Assembly: GCA_964607465.1 (NCBI GenBank)
Contig: CAZSKS010000008.1
Span: 1 to 62,052 of the forward strand
Reading direction: 5' to 3'
Source of the DNA: an uncultured Gemmatimonadota bacterium
GTDB taxonomy: Bacteria; Gemmatimonadota; Gemmatimonadetes; Palauibacterales; Palauibacteraceae
DNA: 62,052 bases
The notes under the pieces were generated by a model. That model was not told the DNA's origin, made no database searches, and saw nothing but the letters and a program-made list of their open reading frames with translations. Shown piece after piece: positions 35,178 through 44,708 of this stretch. Position 1 is the stretch's first letter. Each line of letters begins with the position of its first letter. The position numbers and the translations under genes were made by a program.

Positions 35178-35997
35178 CGCCGGCTCCGGCCGGGCGCCCG
35201 ACGACGCAGGAACGGGCCGACCCGACGCCGGGGCCGACCCCCACGAGGACCGGGCCGGGGCGCCGCCGCCCGACCTCAGGGTCCCCGAGCCGGTGGTCGC
35301 CCTGGACGTGCCCGGGGCCGCCGAGGCCCGGGCGCTGGTGGAGCGGCTCCCGCCCGAGACCTGGTACAAGGTCGGGCTCGAGCTCTTCGTCTCCGAGGGT
35401 CCGGACCTGGTGCGGGAGCTGGCCGCCGCGGGCCATCCCGTCTTCCTGGACCTGAAGCTCCACGACATCCCCAACACGGCGGCCGGCGCGGCCCGCTCGG
35501 CGGCCCGGCTGGGCGTCCGCCTGCTCACGGTGCACGCGGCCGGCGGCCGGGAGATGGTCGCGGCGGCCGTGGAGGCCGCACGGGACGTGGCGGGACCGCC
35601 GGCGGAGGGCGGGACGGCGGTGCTGGCCGTCACCGTGCTCACCTCCCTGGACGACGCGTCCCTCTCGGAGGTGGCGGGGGCCGAGGTCGGTGCCGAGGAG
35701 GCGGTGGGCCGGCTGGCCGTGCTGGCCCGGGAGGCCGGCGCCGACGGCGTGGTGGCGTCGGTGGACGAGTGCTCGGCGGTGAAGGCGCTGTGCGGCGAGG
35801 ACTTCCTCGTGGCCACGCCGGGCATCCGGCTGGCGGACGGCGCGGCCCACGACCAGAAGCGGGTGGCGACGCCGGCCGAGGCCGCGGCGGCGGGCTCGGA
35901 CTACCTGGTGGTGGGTCGGGCGGTCCGCGGTGCCGACGATCCGGCGGCGGCGCTGCGGCGGGTGCGGGAGTCGGCGGCCGCAGGGGTCCCCGGGTGA
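35170..35997 (+). CDS. pyrF: orotidine 5'-phosphate decarboxylase
   Basis: [19 protein letters not shown]...WYKVGLELF...[13 protein letters not shown]...LTVHAAGG...VLAVTVLTS...LVATPGIR...DQKRVATP...[11 protein letters not shown]. The start is uncertain; the GTG at 35170 overlaps the pyrD end by 8 nt. Confidence 0.85.
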   Translation: MGDAGSGRAPDDAGTGRPDAGADPHEDRAGAPPPDLRVPEPVVALDVPGAAEARALVERLPPETWYKVGLELFVSEGPDLVRELAAAGHPVFLDLKLHDIPNTAAGAARSAARLGVRLLTVHAAGGREMVAAAVEAARDVAGPPAEGGTAVLAVTVLTSLDDASLSEVAGAEVGAEEAVGRLAVLAREAGADGVVASVDECSAVKALCGEDFLVATPGIRLADGAAHDQKRVATPAEAAAAGSDYLVVGRAVRGADDPAAALRRVRESAAAGVPG

Positions 35998-36089
35998 TCG
36001 GCCGGACCGCGAGGTGATCGGCCGGACCGCGGCCGGCGGGATCGCCCCTTTGCGTGGTTCCGGGGCGGCGACGCGGGCCCCGACGGGGA

Positions 36090-36117
36090 CTCTGGTTGTA
36101 CGTACGTACGACCAGAG
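36090..36117. repeat. GTACGTACGTAC-cored palindromic element, copy 2
   Basis: CTCTGGTTGTACGTACGTACGACCAGAG folds as a 12-bp stem (one U-G pair) with a GUAC loop. It lies between the convergent ends of pyrF and the DUF2784 gene. The shared core with copy 1 is GGACTCTGGT(C/T)GTACGTACGTACGA(T/C)CAG. Confidence 0.7.
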
Positions 36118-36217
36118 GGTCTCACGGAGGGACGCGGCTCGCCTTCCGGGGAGCGCTTCGGGGAGGGGCGTCACGACCCGTCGCCGGGACCGGCAGGTCC
36201 GGCAGGGCCCGCCGCCG

Positions 36218-36589
36218 TCAGGCGCCTCCGCCCCCCCGCCGGCGCGCCCAGATCCAGCCGTAGATCGCCGCGTTGCCCACGATCACGGCGATCCCCAGCC
36301 ACACGTGGATCTCGCTCCAGCTGGCCGGATAGAGGATGCCCCGGAGGTAGTGCTCGATGAAGCTGCCCGTGTAGCCCGCCTGGCCCGCGGCCCGGCGGAG
36401 GCCGATCTCGAGAGGCGTCAGGGGACAGGTCCAGCCGAAGAACTCGATGGCCGCCCCGTACAGGGCGCAGGGGACGTGGGCCCAGGCCACCGGCAGCCGC
36501 CAGGCGGCGAGGAAGCCTCCGACGGCGACGAACACGACGAAGGCCGCGTGGACGAGCATCACCAGGTCGGCGAGCACCGAGTAGAGCAT
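36218..36589 (-). CDS. DUF2784 family membrane protein
   Basis: MLYSVLADLVMLVHAAFVVFVAVGGFLA...WAHVPCALYGAAIEFFGWTCPLTPLE matches my memory of the DUF2784 signature (WxCPLT). Confidence 0.7.
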   Translation of the reverse strand: MLYSVLADLVMLVHAAFVVFVAVGGFLAAWRLPVAWAHVPCALYGAAIEFFGWTCPLTPLEIGLRRAAGQAGYTGSFIEHYLRGILYPASWSEIHVWLGIAVIVGNAAIYGWIWARRRGGGGA

Positions 36590-36761
36590 CCCGGGTCGAA
36601 CCTATGGGAGGAAGCGTCCCCATGAGAGACCGGAGCGCACACGGTCGAGCCCATGCCGCGGCGGGAGCCCATGTCGCGACGAGGGCCCGCGCCGCGGCGT
36701 GGGCCTCCGCCGCGCAGAGGTCCCACGCTGCGGCCAGGGTCCACGCGACGACGACGATCCC

Positions 36762-37748
36762 GTGAGAGCCGTCCGCATCACCCGGCCGGGAGAGCCGGAG
36801 GTCCTGCAGCTCCAGGAGGTCGCCGATCCCTCCCCGGGCCCGGAGGAGATTCTGGTGGACGTGCGGGCGGCGGCGCTGAACCGGGCCGACCTGATGCAGC
36901 GCCGCGGCCATTATCCCGCCCCCCCGGGCGCCCCGTCCGACGTGCCGGGCCTGGAGTTCGCCGGCGAGGTGGCGGAGGTGGGCGAGCGGGTGCGGGAGGC
37001 GGAGCCCGGCGACCGGGTGATGGGGCTGCTGGGCGGCGGTGGTTACGCGGAGCGCGTAACGACCCCGGCGGGCCTGGCCCTGGCGGTGCCCGCCGGCCTC
37101 GACTGGGTCCGGGCCGCGGCGATCCCGGAGGTCTTCTTCACCGCCTACGACGCCCTGTACCGGCAGGCCGGCTTCTCGGCCGGCGACCGGGTGCTGGTCC
37201 ACGCGGCGGGGGGCGGCGTGGGGACGGCGGCCCTGCAGCTGGCCCGCGCCGGCGGGGCGTCGCTGGTCGTCGGCACCGCCTCGGCCGCCAAGCTCGAGGC
37301 CCTGGCCGCGGAGGGGCTGGCCCCGGACGTGGCGGTGGACCGCCACGAGGAGGACTTCGCCGAGGTGGTGGCGGCCGAGACCGGCGGCCGGGGGGTGGAC
37401 GTCATCCTGGACATGGTGGGGGCCGACTACTGGGAGGCGAACGTGGCGTCGCTGGCCGAGCTGGGCCGGATGGTGCTGATCGGGCTGCTGGGCGGAAGCC
37501 GGGTGGAGGTGGACCTGAGGGCGCTGCTCGGGAAGCGGGCCCGGGTCTTCGGCACCGTGCTCCGCGCCCGCAGCCGGGCCGAGAAGCTGACCCTCACCGC
37601 GGAGGTGCGGGAGCGGCTGCTCCCGCTGTTCGGGGACGGGCGGCTGCGGCCGGTGGTGGATCGTGCCTTCCCGCTGGCCGAGGCGGCGGAGGCCCACCGC
37701 TGGATGGAGGCCGACCGGAACGTGGGGAAGATCGTCCTGGAGGTGTGA
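36762..37748 (+). CDS. NADPH:quinone oxidoreductase, zeta-crystallin/PIG3-like MDR family
   Basis: VRAVRITRPGEPEVLQLQEV..PSPGPEEILVDVRAAALNRADLMQRRGHYP.PPGAPSDVPGLEFAGEV...VLVHAAGGGVGTAALQLA...AHRWMEADRNVGKIVLEV. I preferred the GTG at 36762; the ORF-track start is 36699. Confidence 0.85.
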   Translation: MRAVRITRPGEPEVLQLQEVADPSPGPEEILVDVRAAALNRADLMQRRGHYPAPPGAPSDVPGLEFAGEVAEVGERVREAEPGDRVMGLLGGGGYAERVTTPAGLALAVPAGLDWVRAAAIPEVFFTAYDALYRQAGFSAGDRVLVHAAGGGVGTAALQLARAGGASLVVGTASAAKLEALAAEGLAPDVAVDRHEEDFAEVVAAETGGRGVDVILDMVGADYWEANVASLAELGRMVLIGLLGGSRVEVDLRALLGKRARVFGTVLRARSRAEKLTLTAEVRERLLPLFGDGRLRPVVDRAFPLAEAAEAHRWMEADRNVGKIVLEV

Positions 37749-37761
37749 CGGCCCCGGGGGA

Positions 37762-39810
37762 TCAGGTCTTCGCCGCCTCCTCCGCCGACGCCTCCTCCGC
37801 CGCCCCCTCGGCCCGACCCTGGGCGCCGGCACCGCCCCCGACGTCCCCGGCCTCCCTCTCGCCGGCCTCCCGCCGGCTGCCTTCGCGCTCGTCGGCCACC
37901 AGCTCCGGCTCCAGCTCGGGCTCGAACTCGGGCTCCATCTCGTCGGCGGTGACGCCGAGCCCCACGATGCCCTCCTCCCACCAGGTGTACCGTCCGTCCA
38001 TGACCTTCTGGGCCGTGCGGTACTTCTGGACGTCGTCGTTGGAGGCCATGTCCCGGAAGAGCCGCTTCACGCGGCGGCGGGAGTCGCGGCAGAAGAGGTC
38101 GGCCAGCTCGGCCGCCTCCTCGGCGTGCGGATGGCCTCGGTCGCGCATCCCCTGCACCCGGGAACACACGGCCGCCTGGGCGAACAGCTCGACCCCGACG
38201 TCCACCGCCCGGAACAGGATCCCCTGCTTGAACTGCAGCTTCGCCCCGTGGCGGAGCATCTTGTGGAACAGGGTGCGGGCCAGCTTCCGGCTGCTGCGCT
38301 CCGCGAAGCGGACGTGGGTGGCCAGGTCGCCGAACTCGGCGTAGCGGGGCCACCGCCCCCATCCCAGCCAGCGGGTGGGATACCACCCGGCGTAGAACGC
38401 GCCGATCCTCGGGAGCTCGGCCAGCTTCTGGCCCACCGACAGGTCGCCCTCCACCAGCTCGCCGGCCACCTGCAGGTGCTTGTCCACCGCCTCCCGGGCG
38501 ATGAACAGGTGCATGATCTCGCTGGAGCCTTCGAAGATCCGGTTGATGCGGAAGTCCCGCATCATTCGCTCGACGGGGATGCCGGGCTCGCCCCGGGAGC
38601 GCAGGGAGTCGGCCGTCTCGTAGCCGCGACCGCCGCGGATCTGCATGGCGTCGTCCACCAGCTGCCAGCCGAGCTCGGTGTTGAAGAGCTTGGCCGCCGC
38701 CGCCTCGAGGCGGATGTCGTAGCCCCCGTCGGCCGCCATCATCCCGGTGAGGTCGCCGATGGTGTCGATGGCGAAGCCGTGGGACGCCATGTCGGCCAGC
38801 ATGTGGGCCACCGCCTCGTGCTTGCCCACCGGCTGGCCCCACTGGACGCGCTCGGTGCACCACTTGCGGCACACCTCCAACGAGGCCTTGGCCGTTCCGG
38901 CGGCCGCCGCCGGGATCGTCAGGCGGCCCGTGTTGAGGGTGATGAGGGCGAGCTTGAGACCCTTCCCCTCGTCCCAGATCAGGTTCTCTCGCGGCACCCG
39001 GACGTCGTGGAAGCGGACGACGCCGTTCTCCAGCGCCTTCAGCCCCATGAACTCGAGCTTGTGGCCGATCTCGACGCCCTCCCAGTCGGTCTCGACGATG
39101 AAGGCGGAGATCCTCCCCGTGTCCGTGTGGCGCGCCATGACCACGATCACGTCGGCCACGGTGCCGTTGGTGGTCCACAGCTTCTCGCCGTTCAGGAGGA
39201 AGGCGTCGCCGCCCTCCACCCGCTCGGCGGATGTCTCCAGGCCGGCCGGGTCCGATCCCACCTGGGGCTCGGTGAGGGCGAAGGCCGAGATGGCCCCGTC
39301 GGCGAACATCGGGAAGTACTTCTCCTTCTGCTCCCGGGTGCCGAAGAGCTTCAGCGGCTGGGGCACGCCGATGGACTGGTGGGCGGAGAGCAGGGCCAGG
39401 AGGTTGCCGTCGGCGCTTCCCACCACCTCCATGATGGCCCCGTACTCGGCCTGGTTGAACCCCATGCCGCCGTACTCCTCCGGGATCTTCAGGCCGAAGG
39501 CGCCCATCTCGCCCAGCTCGTCGATGATCTCCCGGGGGATCTTCCCCTCGCGGTCGATGCGGTCCGAGTCGACCCGCTCGCGCAGGAAGGTCCGCATCTC
39601 GTCCATGTAGTCTTCCGCCCGGTCCGAGACGAAGTCGTCGGCGTCGGGGAAGGGGTGGATGTCGGAGAGCCGGAAATCACCCAGGAAGAGATCCCGGAGG
39701 AACGTCTTGCCGCCCCACTCGGACTCCCTCGCGCCCTCGGCGACCTGGCGGGCCTCCTTCTCGCTCACGGGGCCGCCGGAACGGCTCCCGGTGTCGTCTG
39801 TATCGCTCAT
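37762..39810 (-). CDS. large acyl-CoA dehydrogenase (FadE-like, about 680 aa) with a low-complexity acidic tail
   Basis: ACAD core: [26 protein letters not shown]...[26 protein letters not shown]...[20 protein letters not shown]...[11 protein letters not shown]...[11 protein letters not shown] helical C-terminal extension follows. Start is the ATG at 39810; the ORF-track N-terminus up to 40080 is noise. Confidence 0.88.
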   Translation of the reverse strand: MSDTDDTGSRSGGPVSEKEARQVAEGARESEWGGKTFLRDLFLGDFRLSDIHPFPDADDFVSDRAEDYMDEMRTFLRERVDSDRIDREGKIPREIIDELGEMGAFGLKIPEEYGGMGFNQAEYGAIMEVVGSADGNLLALLSAHQSIGVPQPLKLFGTREQKEKYFPMFADGAISAFALTEPQVGSDPAGLETSAERVEGGDAFLLNGEKLWTTNGTVADVIVVMARHTDTGRISAFIVETDWEGVEIGHKLEFMGLKALENGVVRFHDVRVPRENLIWDEGKGLKLALITLNTGRLTIPAAAAGTAKASLEVCRKWCTERVQWGQPVGKHEAVAHMLADMASHGFAIDTIGDLTGMMAADGGYDIRLEAAAAKLFNTELGWQLVDDAMQIRGGRGYETADSLRSRGEPGIPVERMMRDFRINRIFEGSSEIMHLFIAREAVDKHLQVAGELVEGDLSVGQKLAELPRIGAFYAGWYPTRWLGWGRWPRYAEFGDLATHVRFAERSSRKLARTLFHKMLRHGAKLQFKQGILFRAVDVGVELFAQAAVCSRVQGMRDRGHPHAEEAAELADLFCRDSRRRVKRLFRDMASNDDVQKYRTAQKVMDGRYTWWEEGIVGLGVTADEMEPEFEPELEPELVADEREGSRREAGEREAGDVGGGAGAQGRAEGAAEEASAEEAAKT

Positions 39811-40036
39811 GGCTCGTGCTCGCGTTTGGCATGTTGGCATGCAGGGGAACGGCGCGGACCGTCTCGCCCGGCGCCGACGGATCGCGGCCGGGAACCGGCC
39901 TCCAGGGGCCGACGCCGGCCGCCATCGCACGCTACAATATAGTCTACGGGACCCCGGATCCGACACCCGCGGGGCCGGTCGGACGCCGCCCGGGCCGGCC
40001 GACCGTTCCCCGTCCACTGCTCCGGAGGAGGAGCCG

Positions 40037-40945
40037 ATGACCGACGCCCTCGACGGGCTCCACCACATCACCGCCGTCACCGGCGACGGCCGCCGGTGCC
40101 TGGATTTCTACACCGACGTCCTGGGCCTCCGCAGCGTGAAGCGGACCGTCAACTTCGACGCTCCCACGTCCTGGCACCTGTACCTGTCCGACCGGTCGGG
40201 TACCCCCGGGACCGTCCTCACCTTCTTCGTGTGGCCCCGGCTCCCGGACGGCCGTCCGGGCGCGGGCCAGGCGACGCGGGTGGCCTTCGCCGCCCCGCCG
40301 GGCTCGCTGGACCGGTGGGAGGCGCGGCTGGAGGAGAAACAGGTCGATTCCCGCCGCGGTTCCTCGCCGTGGGGCGAGGCCCTCCACTTCGAGGACCCCG
40401 ACGGGACGGGGCTGACCCTGGTGGAGGAAGGGGACGCCGACGCCGGGGCCCCGGGTCGTTTCGCGGCCGATCCGTGGACCGGGGGTCCGGTGGGCGCGGA
40501 CATGGCGCTGCGCGGCTTCCGCGGCGTGGAGCTGACGGTGGAGACACCCGGCCCCACGCGGGAGCTCCTGGAGGAGGAGATGGGCATCGCCCCCGCGCCC
40601 TCCGGCCCCGCCGCCGTGGGCCCGGCCGGGGAGCGGACGCCCGCCGGGCGGGGCGGCGCCGGCGCGGTCCACCACGTGGCGTGGCGGGTCGCCGACCGGG
40701 ACGCCCAGGAGGCGTGGCGCGAGCGGCTCCTGGGCCGCGGCCTGGAGGTGACGCCGGTGGTGGACCGGCACTACTTCACCTCCGTCTACTTCCGGGAGCC
40801 GGGGGGCGTGCTGTTCGAGATCGCCACCGAGGGGCCGGGCTTCACGGTGGACGAGAGCGTGGAGGAGCTGGGGTCGGGCCTCCGGCTGCCGCCGTGGCTC
40901 GAGGACCGACGGGAGATGATCGAGGAGAACCTGCCGGAGCTGTAG
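40037..40945 (+). CDS. two-domain VOC (glyoxalase/ring-cleaving extradiol dioxygenase) family protein
   Basis: [45 protein letters not shown]...GTVLTFF plus a second module, FRGVELTV...VHHVAWRV...[28 protein letters not shown] at 40037 with a GGAGGAGGAG SD. Confidence 0.8.
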   Translation: MTDALDGLHHITAVTGDGRRCLDFYTDVLGLRSVKRTVNFDAPTSWHLYLSDRSGTPGTVLTFFVWPRLPDGRPGAGQATRVAFAAPPGSLDRWEARLEEKQVDSRRGSSPWGEALHFEDPDGTGLTLVEEGDADAGAPGRFAADPWTGGPVGADMALRGFRGVELTVETPGPTRELLEEEMGIAPAPSGPAAVGPAGERTPAGRGGAGAVHHVAWRVADRDAQEAWRERLLGRGLEVTPVVDRHYFTSVYFREPGGVLFEIATEGPGFTVDESVEELGSGLRLPPWLEDRREMIEENLPEL

Positions 40946-40986
40946 GCGGGGGCCGCCGTGTCGAGGGGCTCGGGCGCTGGCGGGCG

Positions 40987-41946
40987 TCAGCCCCCCGGAG
41001 CCTCCCCCCGCCCGTCGCCCTCGCCGCGGTCGGCCGCGGGCACCGCGTCGCCGGCCAGCGTCCGCTGGACCCATTCCCGGGCCACCTGCCGGAAGTCCCG
41101 ACCCTCCACGTCCACCTGCCGGTTCAGACGGCGCATCTCCGGCGTGTCGATCAGGCCGCCCAGCCGCTCCAGGGAGCGGCGCAGCTCGGGGTGGCGCTCC
41201 AGCAGCGCCGCGTCCACCACCGGCGCCGCGTGATAGGGCGGGAAGTAGCGGCGGTCGTCCTCCAGCATCGCCAGGTCCAGGGCCTCGATCTGGCCGTCGG
41301 TGGAGTTGCCGGCGATGACGTCCACCTTCCCCTCCGCCAGGGCCCGGTAGATGAGCCCCAGCTCCATGGTCCGCGGCTCGCCCCGGAAGCTCATGTCGTA
41401 GGTCTCCCGGAGCCCGGGCAGGCCGTCCTCGCGCTCCACGAACTCGTAGTTGACGCCCAGGCGGAGGCCCTCGGCGTGCTCGGCCAGGTCGGAGACGGTC
41501 TCCAGGCCCAGCGAGTCCGCCGTCGAGCGCCGCACGAGCATGGCGAAGGTGTTCTCGAAGCCCAGCGGCTCGGTCCATTCCAGGTTCCAGCGTTCCCGAT
41601 AGGCCCGCCGGACGGCCCGGAGCACGCTGTCGGGATCCTGCACCGGCGGCCGCTCCAGGATGGCGGTCAGGGCGGTCCCCGTGTACTCGACGTAGAGGTC
41701 CAGCTCGCCCGTGGTGAGGGCCTCGTGGCAGATGAAGGTGCCCCCCAGGTGCAGCCGCCGCCGGACGGTCAGGTCGGTGGTCCGCTCGATCCAGGTGGCC
41801 ACCAGCTCCCCCAGGAGGTCCTGCTCGGTGAAGAACTTGGAGCCGACGACGACCGTGTCCTCGTCCGCGCCGCAGCCGGCCACGGCAGGGGCCAGGAGGA
41901 GGGGCGCCAGGAGCCCGGCCAGCCGGCGACGCCAGGTGCGGCTCAC
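40987..41946 (-). CDS. ABC transporter substrate-binding lipoprotein, OpuC/OsmF (quaternary-amine) family
   Basis: Lipobox LLLAPAVAGC. Domain: VVVGSKFFTEQDLLGELVATWIE...GELDLYVEYTGTAL...LGFENTFAMLVR...LGLIYRALAEGKVDVIAGNSTDGQI...LEDDRRYFPPYHAAPVV. The GTG start overlaps the permease stop (GTGA at 41943-41946). Confidence 0.85.
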   Translation of the reverse strand: MSRTWRRRLAGLLAPLLLAPAVAGCGADEDTVVVGSKFFTEQDLLGELVATWIERTTDLTVRRRLHLGGTFICHEALTTGELDLYVEYTGTALTAILERPPVQDPDSVLRAVRRAYRERWNLEWTEPLGFENTFAMLVRRSTADSLGLETVSDLAEHAEGLRLGVNYEFVEREDGLPGLRETYDMSFRGEPRTMELGLIYRALAEGKVDVIAGNSTDGQIEALDLAMLEDDRRYFPPYHAAPVVDAALLERHPELRRSLERLGGLIDTPEMRRLNRQVDVEGRDFRQVAREWVQRTLAGDAVPAADRGEGDGRGEAPGG

Positions 41947-42620
41947 GGCCCCTCGTCCTCGCCGCGCCAGCGGGAGTATCGCCGCTCGAGCCGGCCCAGG
42001 CCCCAGTCGGCCAGCAGGGCCAGCAGCGCGGCCGGCACGGCCCCGGCCAGGATCTGGTCGTTGTTCACCATGTTCAGGCCCCGGAAGATGAAGGCGCCGA
42101 GGCCGCCGGCACCGATGGCCGCCGCGATGGTGGCGATGCCGATGCCGATGACGGTGGCCAGGCGGATGCCCCCCAGGATGACGCCCATGGCCAGGGGCAG
42201 CTCGACCTGTCGCAGCAGCTGGCCGTCGGTCATCCCCATGGCCCGGCCCGCCTCTCGTACCGCCGGGTCCACCCCGCGGATTCCCTCGTAGGTGTTCCGC
42301 AGGACGGGAAGCAGGCTGTAGCCGAAGAGCGCGATGATGGCGGTCCGGGCCCCGATGCCCCCCAGCAGGGGCAGGGGGATCAGCAGGCCGAACAGGGCCA
42401 GGCTGGGCACGGTCTGGATGACGTTCGTCACGCCGATCACCGGGCCCCGCCAGGCGGGCCGCCGGGTGAGGGCGATGCCCAGCGGCACGGCCACCAGCAC
42501 GGCCAGGCCGACGGAGATGCCCACCAGGTAGAGGTGCTCCCACAGCCGCTGGGCCAGCTCCGCCTGGTGGGAGGCCAGGTAGCTCAGGAACCCCACGGCT
42601 TCCCCCTCGCCCCCGCCCAC
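41943..42620 (-). CDS. ABC transporter permease, OpuCB/OpuCD-type
   Basis: LWEHLYLVGISVGLAVLVAVPLGIAL...VTNVIQTVPSLALFGLLIP...GYSLLPVLRNTYEGIRGVDPAVREAGRAMGMTDGQLLRQVELPLA is a BPD-type permease EAA loop typical of glycine betaine/choline systems. Confidence 0.88.
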   Translation of the reverse strand: MGGGEGEAVGFLSYLASHQAELAQRLWEHLYLVGISVGLAVLVAVPLGIALTRRPAWRGPVIGVTNVIQTVPSLALFGLLIPLPLLGGIGARTAIIALFGYSLLPVLRNTYEGIRGVDPAVREAGRAMGMTDGQLLRQVELPLAMGVILGGIRLATVIGIGIATIAAAIGAGGLGAFIFRGLNMVNNDQILAGAVPAALLALLADWGLGRLERRYSRWRGEDEGP

Positions 42621-42654
42621 CCGGCGCCGCCTGTCCCGGTTTCCCCCGCCCGGC

Positions 42655-43413
42655 TCACGCCGTCTCCTCCCCCAGGAACGCCCGCACCAGCGGCCGGTCG
42701 CTCTCCCGGAACGCGTCCGGCGAGCCCAGGAAGGCCAGCTTCCCGTCCTCCAGCAGCCCGATGCGGTCCCCCATGAGGAGCGCCTCGCGGACGTCGTGGG
42801 TCACGAAGAGGAGGGAGGTCTCGAGCCGCCGGCTCAGCTCCCGGAACTCGTCCTGGAGCTCCCGCCGGGTGATGGGGTCCAGGGCACCGAAGGGCTCGTC
42901 GCACAGGAGAAGCGGCGGATCGGCCGCCAACGCGCGGGCCACGCCGACCCGCTGCTGCTGCCCGCCGGACAGCTCCCGGGGGTAGCGCCCGGCGAAGGTC
43001 GCCGGCGGGAGCCCCACCATCTCCAGCAGCTCGCCCACCCGCTCGTCGACCCTCTCCGCCTCCCACTCCAGCAGACGGGGGACGAGGCCGGCATTCTCCG
43101 CCACCGTGAGGTGGGGGAACAGGCCGATGCCCTGGATGACGTAGCCGGTGCGCCGACGGAGCTCGATGGGGTCCCAGGCGTCCACCGGGCGCCCACCCAC
43201 CCGGACCTGACCGGCGTCCGCCTCCAGCAGCCGGTTCACCAGCTTGAGGGCGCTGGACTTGCCCGTCCCGCTCCGCCCCACCAGCACGAGGGTCTCGCCG
43301 TCGGCCAGCCGGAAGTCGAGCCCGTCCAGCACCTGTCGGCCGCCCAGGCGGAGCCCCACGTCGTCGAAGACCACGACGGGCTCGGCGGGGGAGGTCTGGC
43401 GATGTCCTTGCAT
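42655..43413 (-). CDS. ABC transporter ATP-binding protein (short form, no C-terminal CBS pair)
   Basis: Walker A GRSGTGKSS, Q-loop YVIQGIGLFPHLTV, signature LSGGQQQRVGVARAL, Walker B LLLCDEPFGALD and H-loop FVTHD. At 252 aa it is too short for the tandem CBS module found in many OpuA/OpuC ATPases. I chose the ATG at 43413. Confidence 0.88.
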   Translation of the reverse strand: MQGHRQTSPAEPVVVFDDVGLRLGGRQVLDGLDFRLADGETLVLVGRSGTGKSSALKLVNRLLEADAGQVRVGGRPVDAWDPIELRRRTGYVIQGIGLFPHLTVAENAGLVPRLLEWEAERVDERVGELLEMVGLPPATFAGRYPRELSGGQQQRVGVARALAADPPLLLCDEPFGALDPITRRELQDEFRELSRRLETSLLFVTHDVREALLMGDRIGLLEDGKLAFLGSPDAFRESDRPLVRAFLGEETA

Positions 43414-43577
43414 ACCTAGGGTCCACGAGCGCGGGTCCCGGTCGGCCGGAATCATGGTGCCGGCCGGCGGCGGCGAGCAAACGGTCCCACCGGAGGGCGG
43501 CGGTCCCGCCCCGCTGCGGCGGGCCGGGCCGGGTCCCTCGCAGGTCCGGCCGGACACGCGGACGGAGGAGGACGTCA

Positions 43578-44630
43578 GTGAGCGACCAGGTCTCGGAGCC
43601 CGATCCAGGGGACGGCGCGTCGCCCACGACCGCGGCGGAGGCGGCCGCCGGGCTGGCCGAGCACCCCCGGATCACCCTCCGGCGGGAGCTGCGCGAGGGC
43701 GACCGACGCCGCCGGATGGCGGCCGACGTGCGCGAGGGCCTCGGATCCGACCCGAAGACGCTGCCGCCGAAGTATTTCTACGACACCCGGGGCTCGAAGC
43801 TCTTCGAGGCGATCACGCGGCTGCCCGAGTACTATCCCACACGGGCCGAGCGGACGATCCTGGAGGACCGGGCCGACGACCTGGTGGAGGACCTCCGTCC
43901 CGAGGCGCTGGTGGAGTACGGATCCGGTTCCTCCGGCAAGACGCGCGTCCTGCTCGAGGCCATGGACCGCGCGGGCCTGCTGGCGGGCTACGCGCCCATC
44001 GACGTGAGCCCCCAGCCCGTCCGCGAGGCGTCCGAGGCGCTGGCCGAGCGGTTCCCGGACCTCCGGATCGAGGGCCTGGTGGCCGACTTCGAGCATCCCC
44101 TGGACCTGCCCTTCGCCGCGATGCCGCGCCTGGTGCTCTTCCTGGGCGGGACGATCGGGAACCTCGCCCGGGAGGACGCCGTCGCGTTCCTGCGGCGCAC
44201 TGCCGACGAGATGACGGCGGCCGACGGCCTGCTGGTGGGCTTCGACCTGATCAAGGACCGGGAGACGCTGGAGGCCGCCTACGACGATCCGGCCCGGGTC
44301 ACGGCAGAGTTCAACCTCAACGTCCTGCGGGTGCTGAACCGGGAGCTCGACGCGGGCTTCGATCTGGACGCGTTCCGGCACCGGGCCCTGTGGAACGAGG
44401 AGGAGAGCCGCATCGAGATGCACCTGGTGTCCGAGCGCCGGCAGCGGGTCCCGATCCGGGCGCTGGAGATGGAGGTCACGTTCGAGCGGGAGGAATCGAT
44501 CCTCACCGAGATCAGCCGGAAGTACACGCGCGACCGGGCCACCGACCTCCTGGAGACGGCCGGCCTCTCCCTGGAGCGGTGGGAGACCGACCCGGACGAC
44601 CTCTTCGCCCTGGCGGTGGCGGGGCTGTAA
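43578..44630 (+). CDS. egtD: L-histidine N-alpha-methyltransferase (EgtD-type, makes hercynine)
   Basis: ADVREGLGSDPKTLPPKYFYDTRGSKLFEAITRLPEYYPTRAERTIL...LVEYGSGSSGKTRVLLEA...LVLFLGGTIGNL...FNLNVLRVLNREL...HRALWNEEESRIEMHL is the EgtD/Methyltransf_33 signature. GTG start. Confidence 0.85.
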   Translation: MSDQVSEPDPGDGASPTTAAEAAAGLAEHPRITLRRELREGDRRRRMAADVREGLGSDPKTLPPKYFYDTRGSKLFEAITRLPEYYPTRAERTILEDRADDLVEDLRPEALVEYGSGSSGKTRVLLEAMDRAGLLAGYAPIDVSPQPVREASEALAERFPDLRIEGLVADFEHPLDLPFAAMPRLVLFLGGTIGNLAREDAVAFLRRTADEMTAADGLLVGFDLIKDRETLEAAYDDPARVTAEFNLNVLRVLNRELDAGFDLDAFRHRALWNEEESRIEMHLVSERRQRVPIRALEMEVTFEREESILTEISRKYTRDRATDLLETAGLSLERWETDPDDLFALAVAGL

Positions 44631-44708
44631 GAGCGCCGATCTCCGCCGGCGGGTCCTCGCCTCCGGAGTCCGCCGCCGACCGGCGGAGAGCCCCCCGGTC
44701 GCCCTGCG

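Noticed and set aside
39822-39845. TTGGCATGTTGGCATGC upstream of the acyl-CoA dehydrogenase/VOC divergent pair as a sigma54 promoter.
   Set aside because: It contains TGGCAT twice, but no GC dinucleotide at the required 10-nt spacing from either GG, on either strand.
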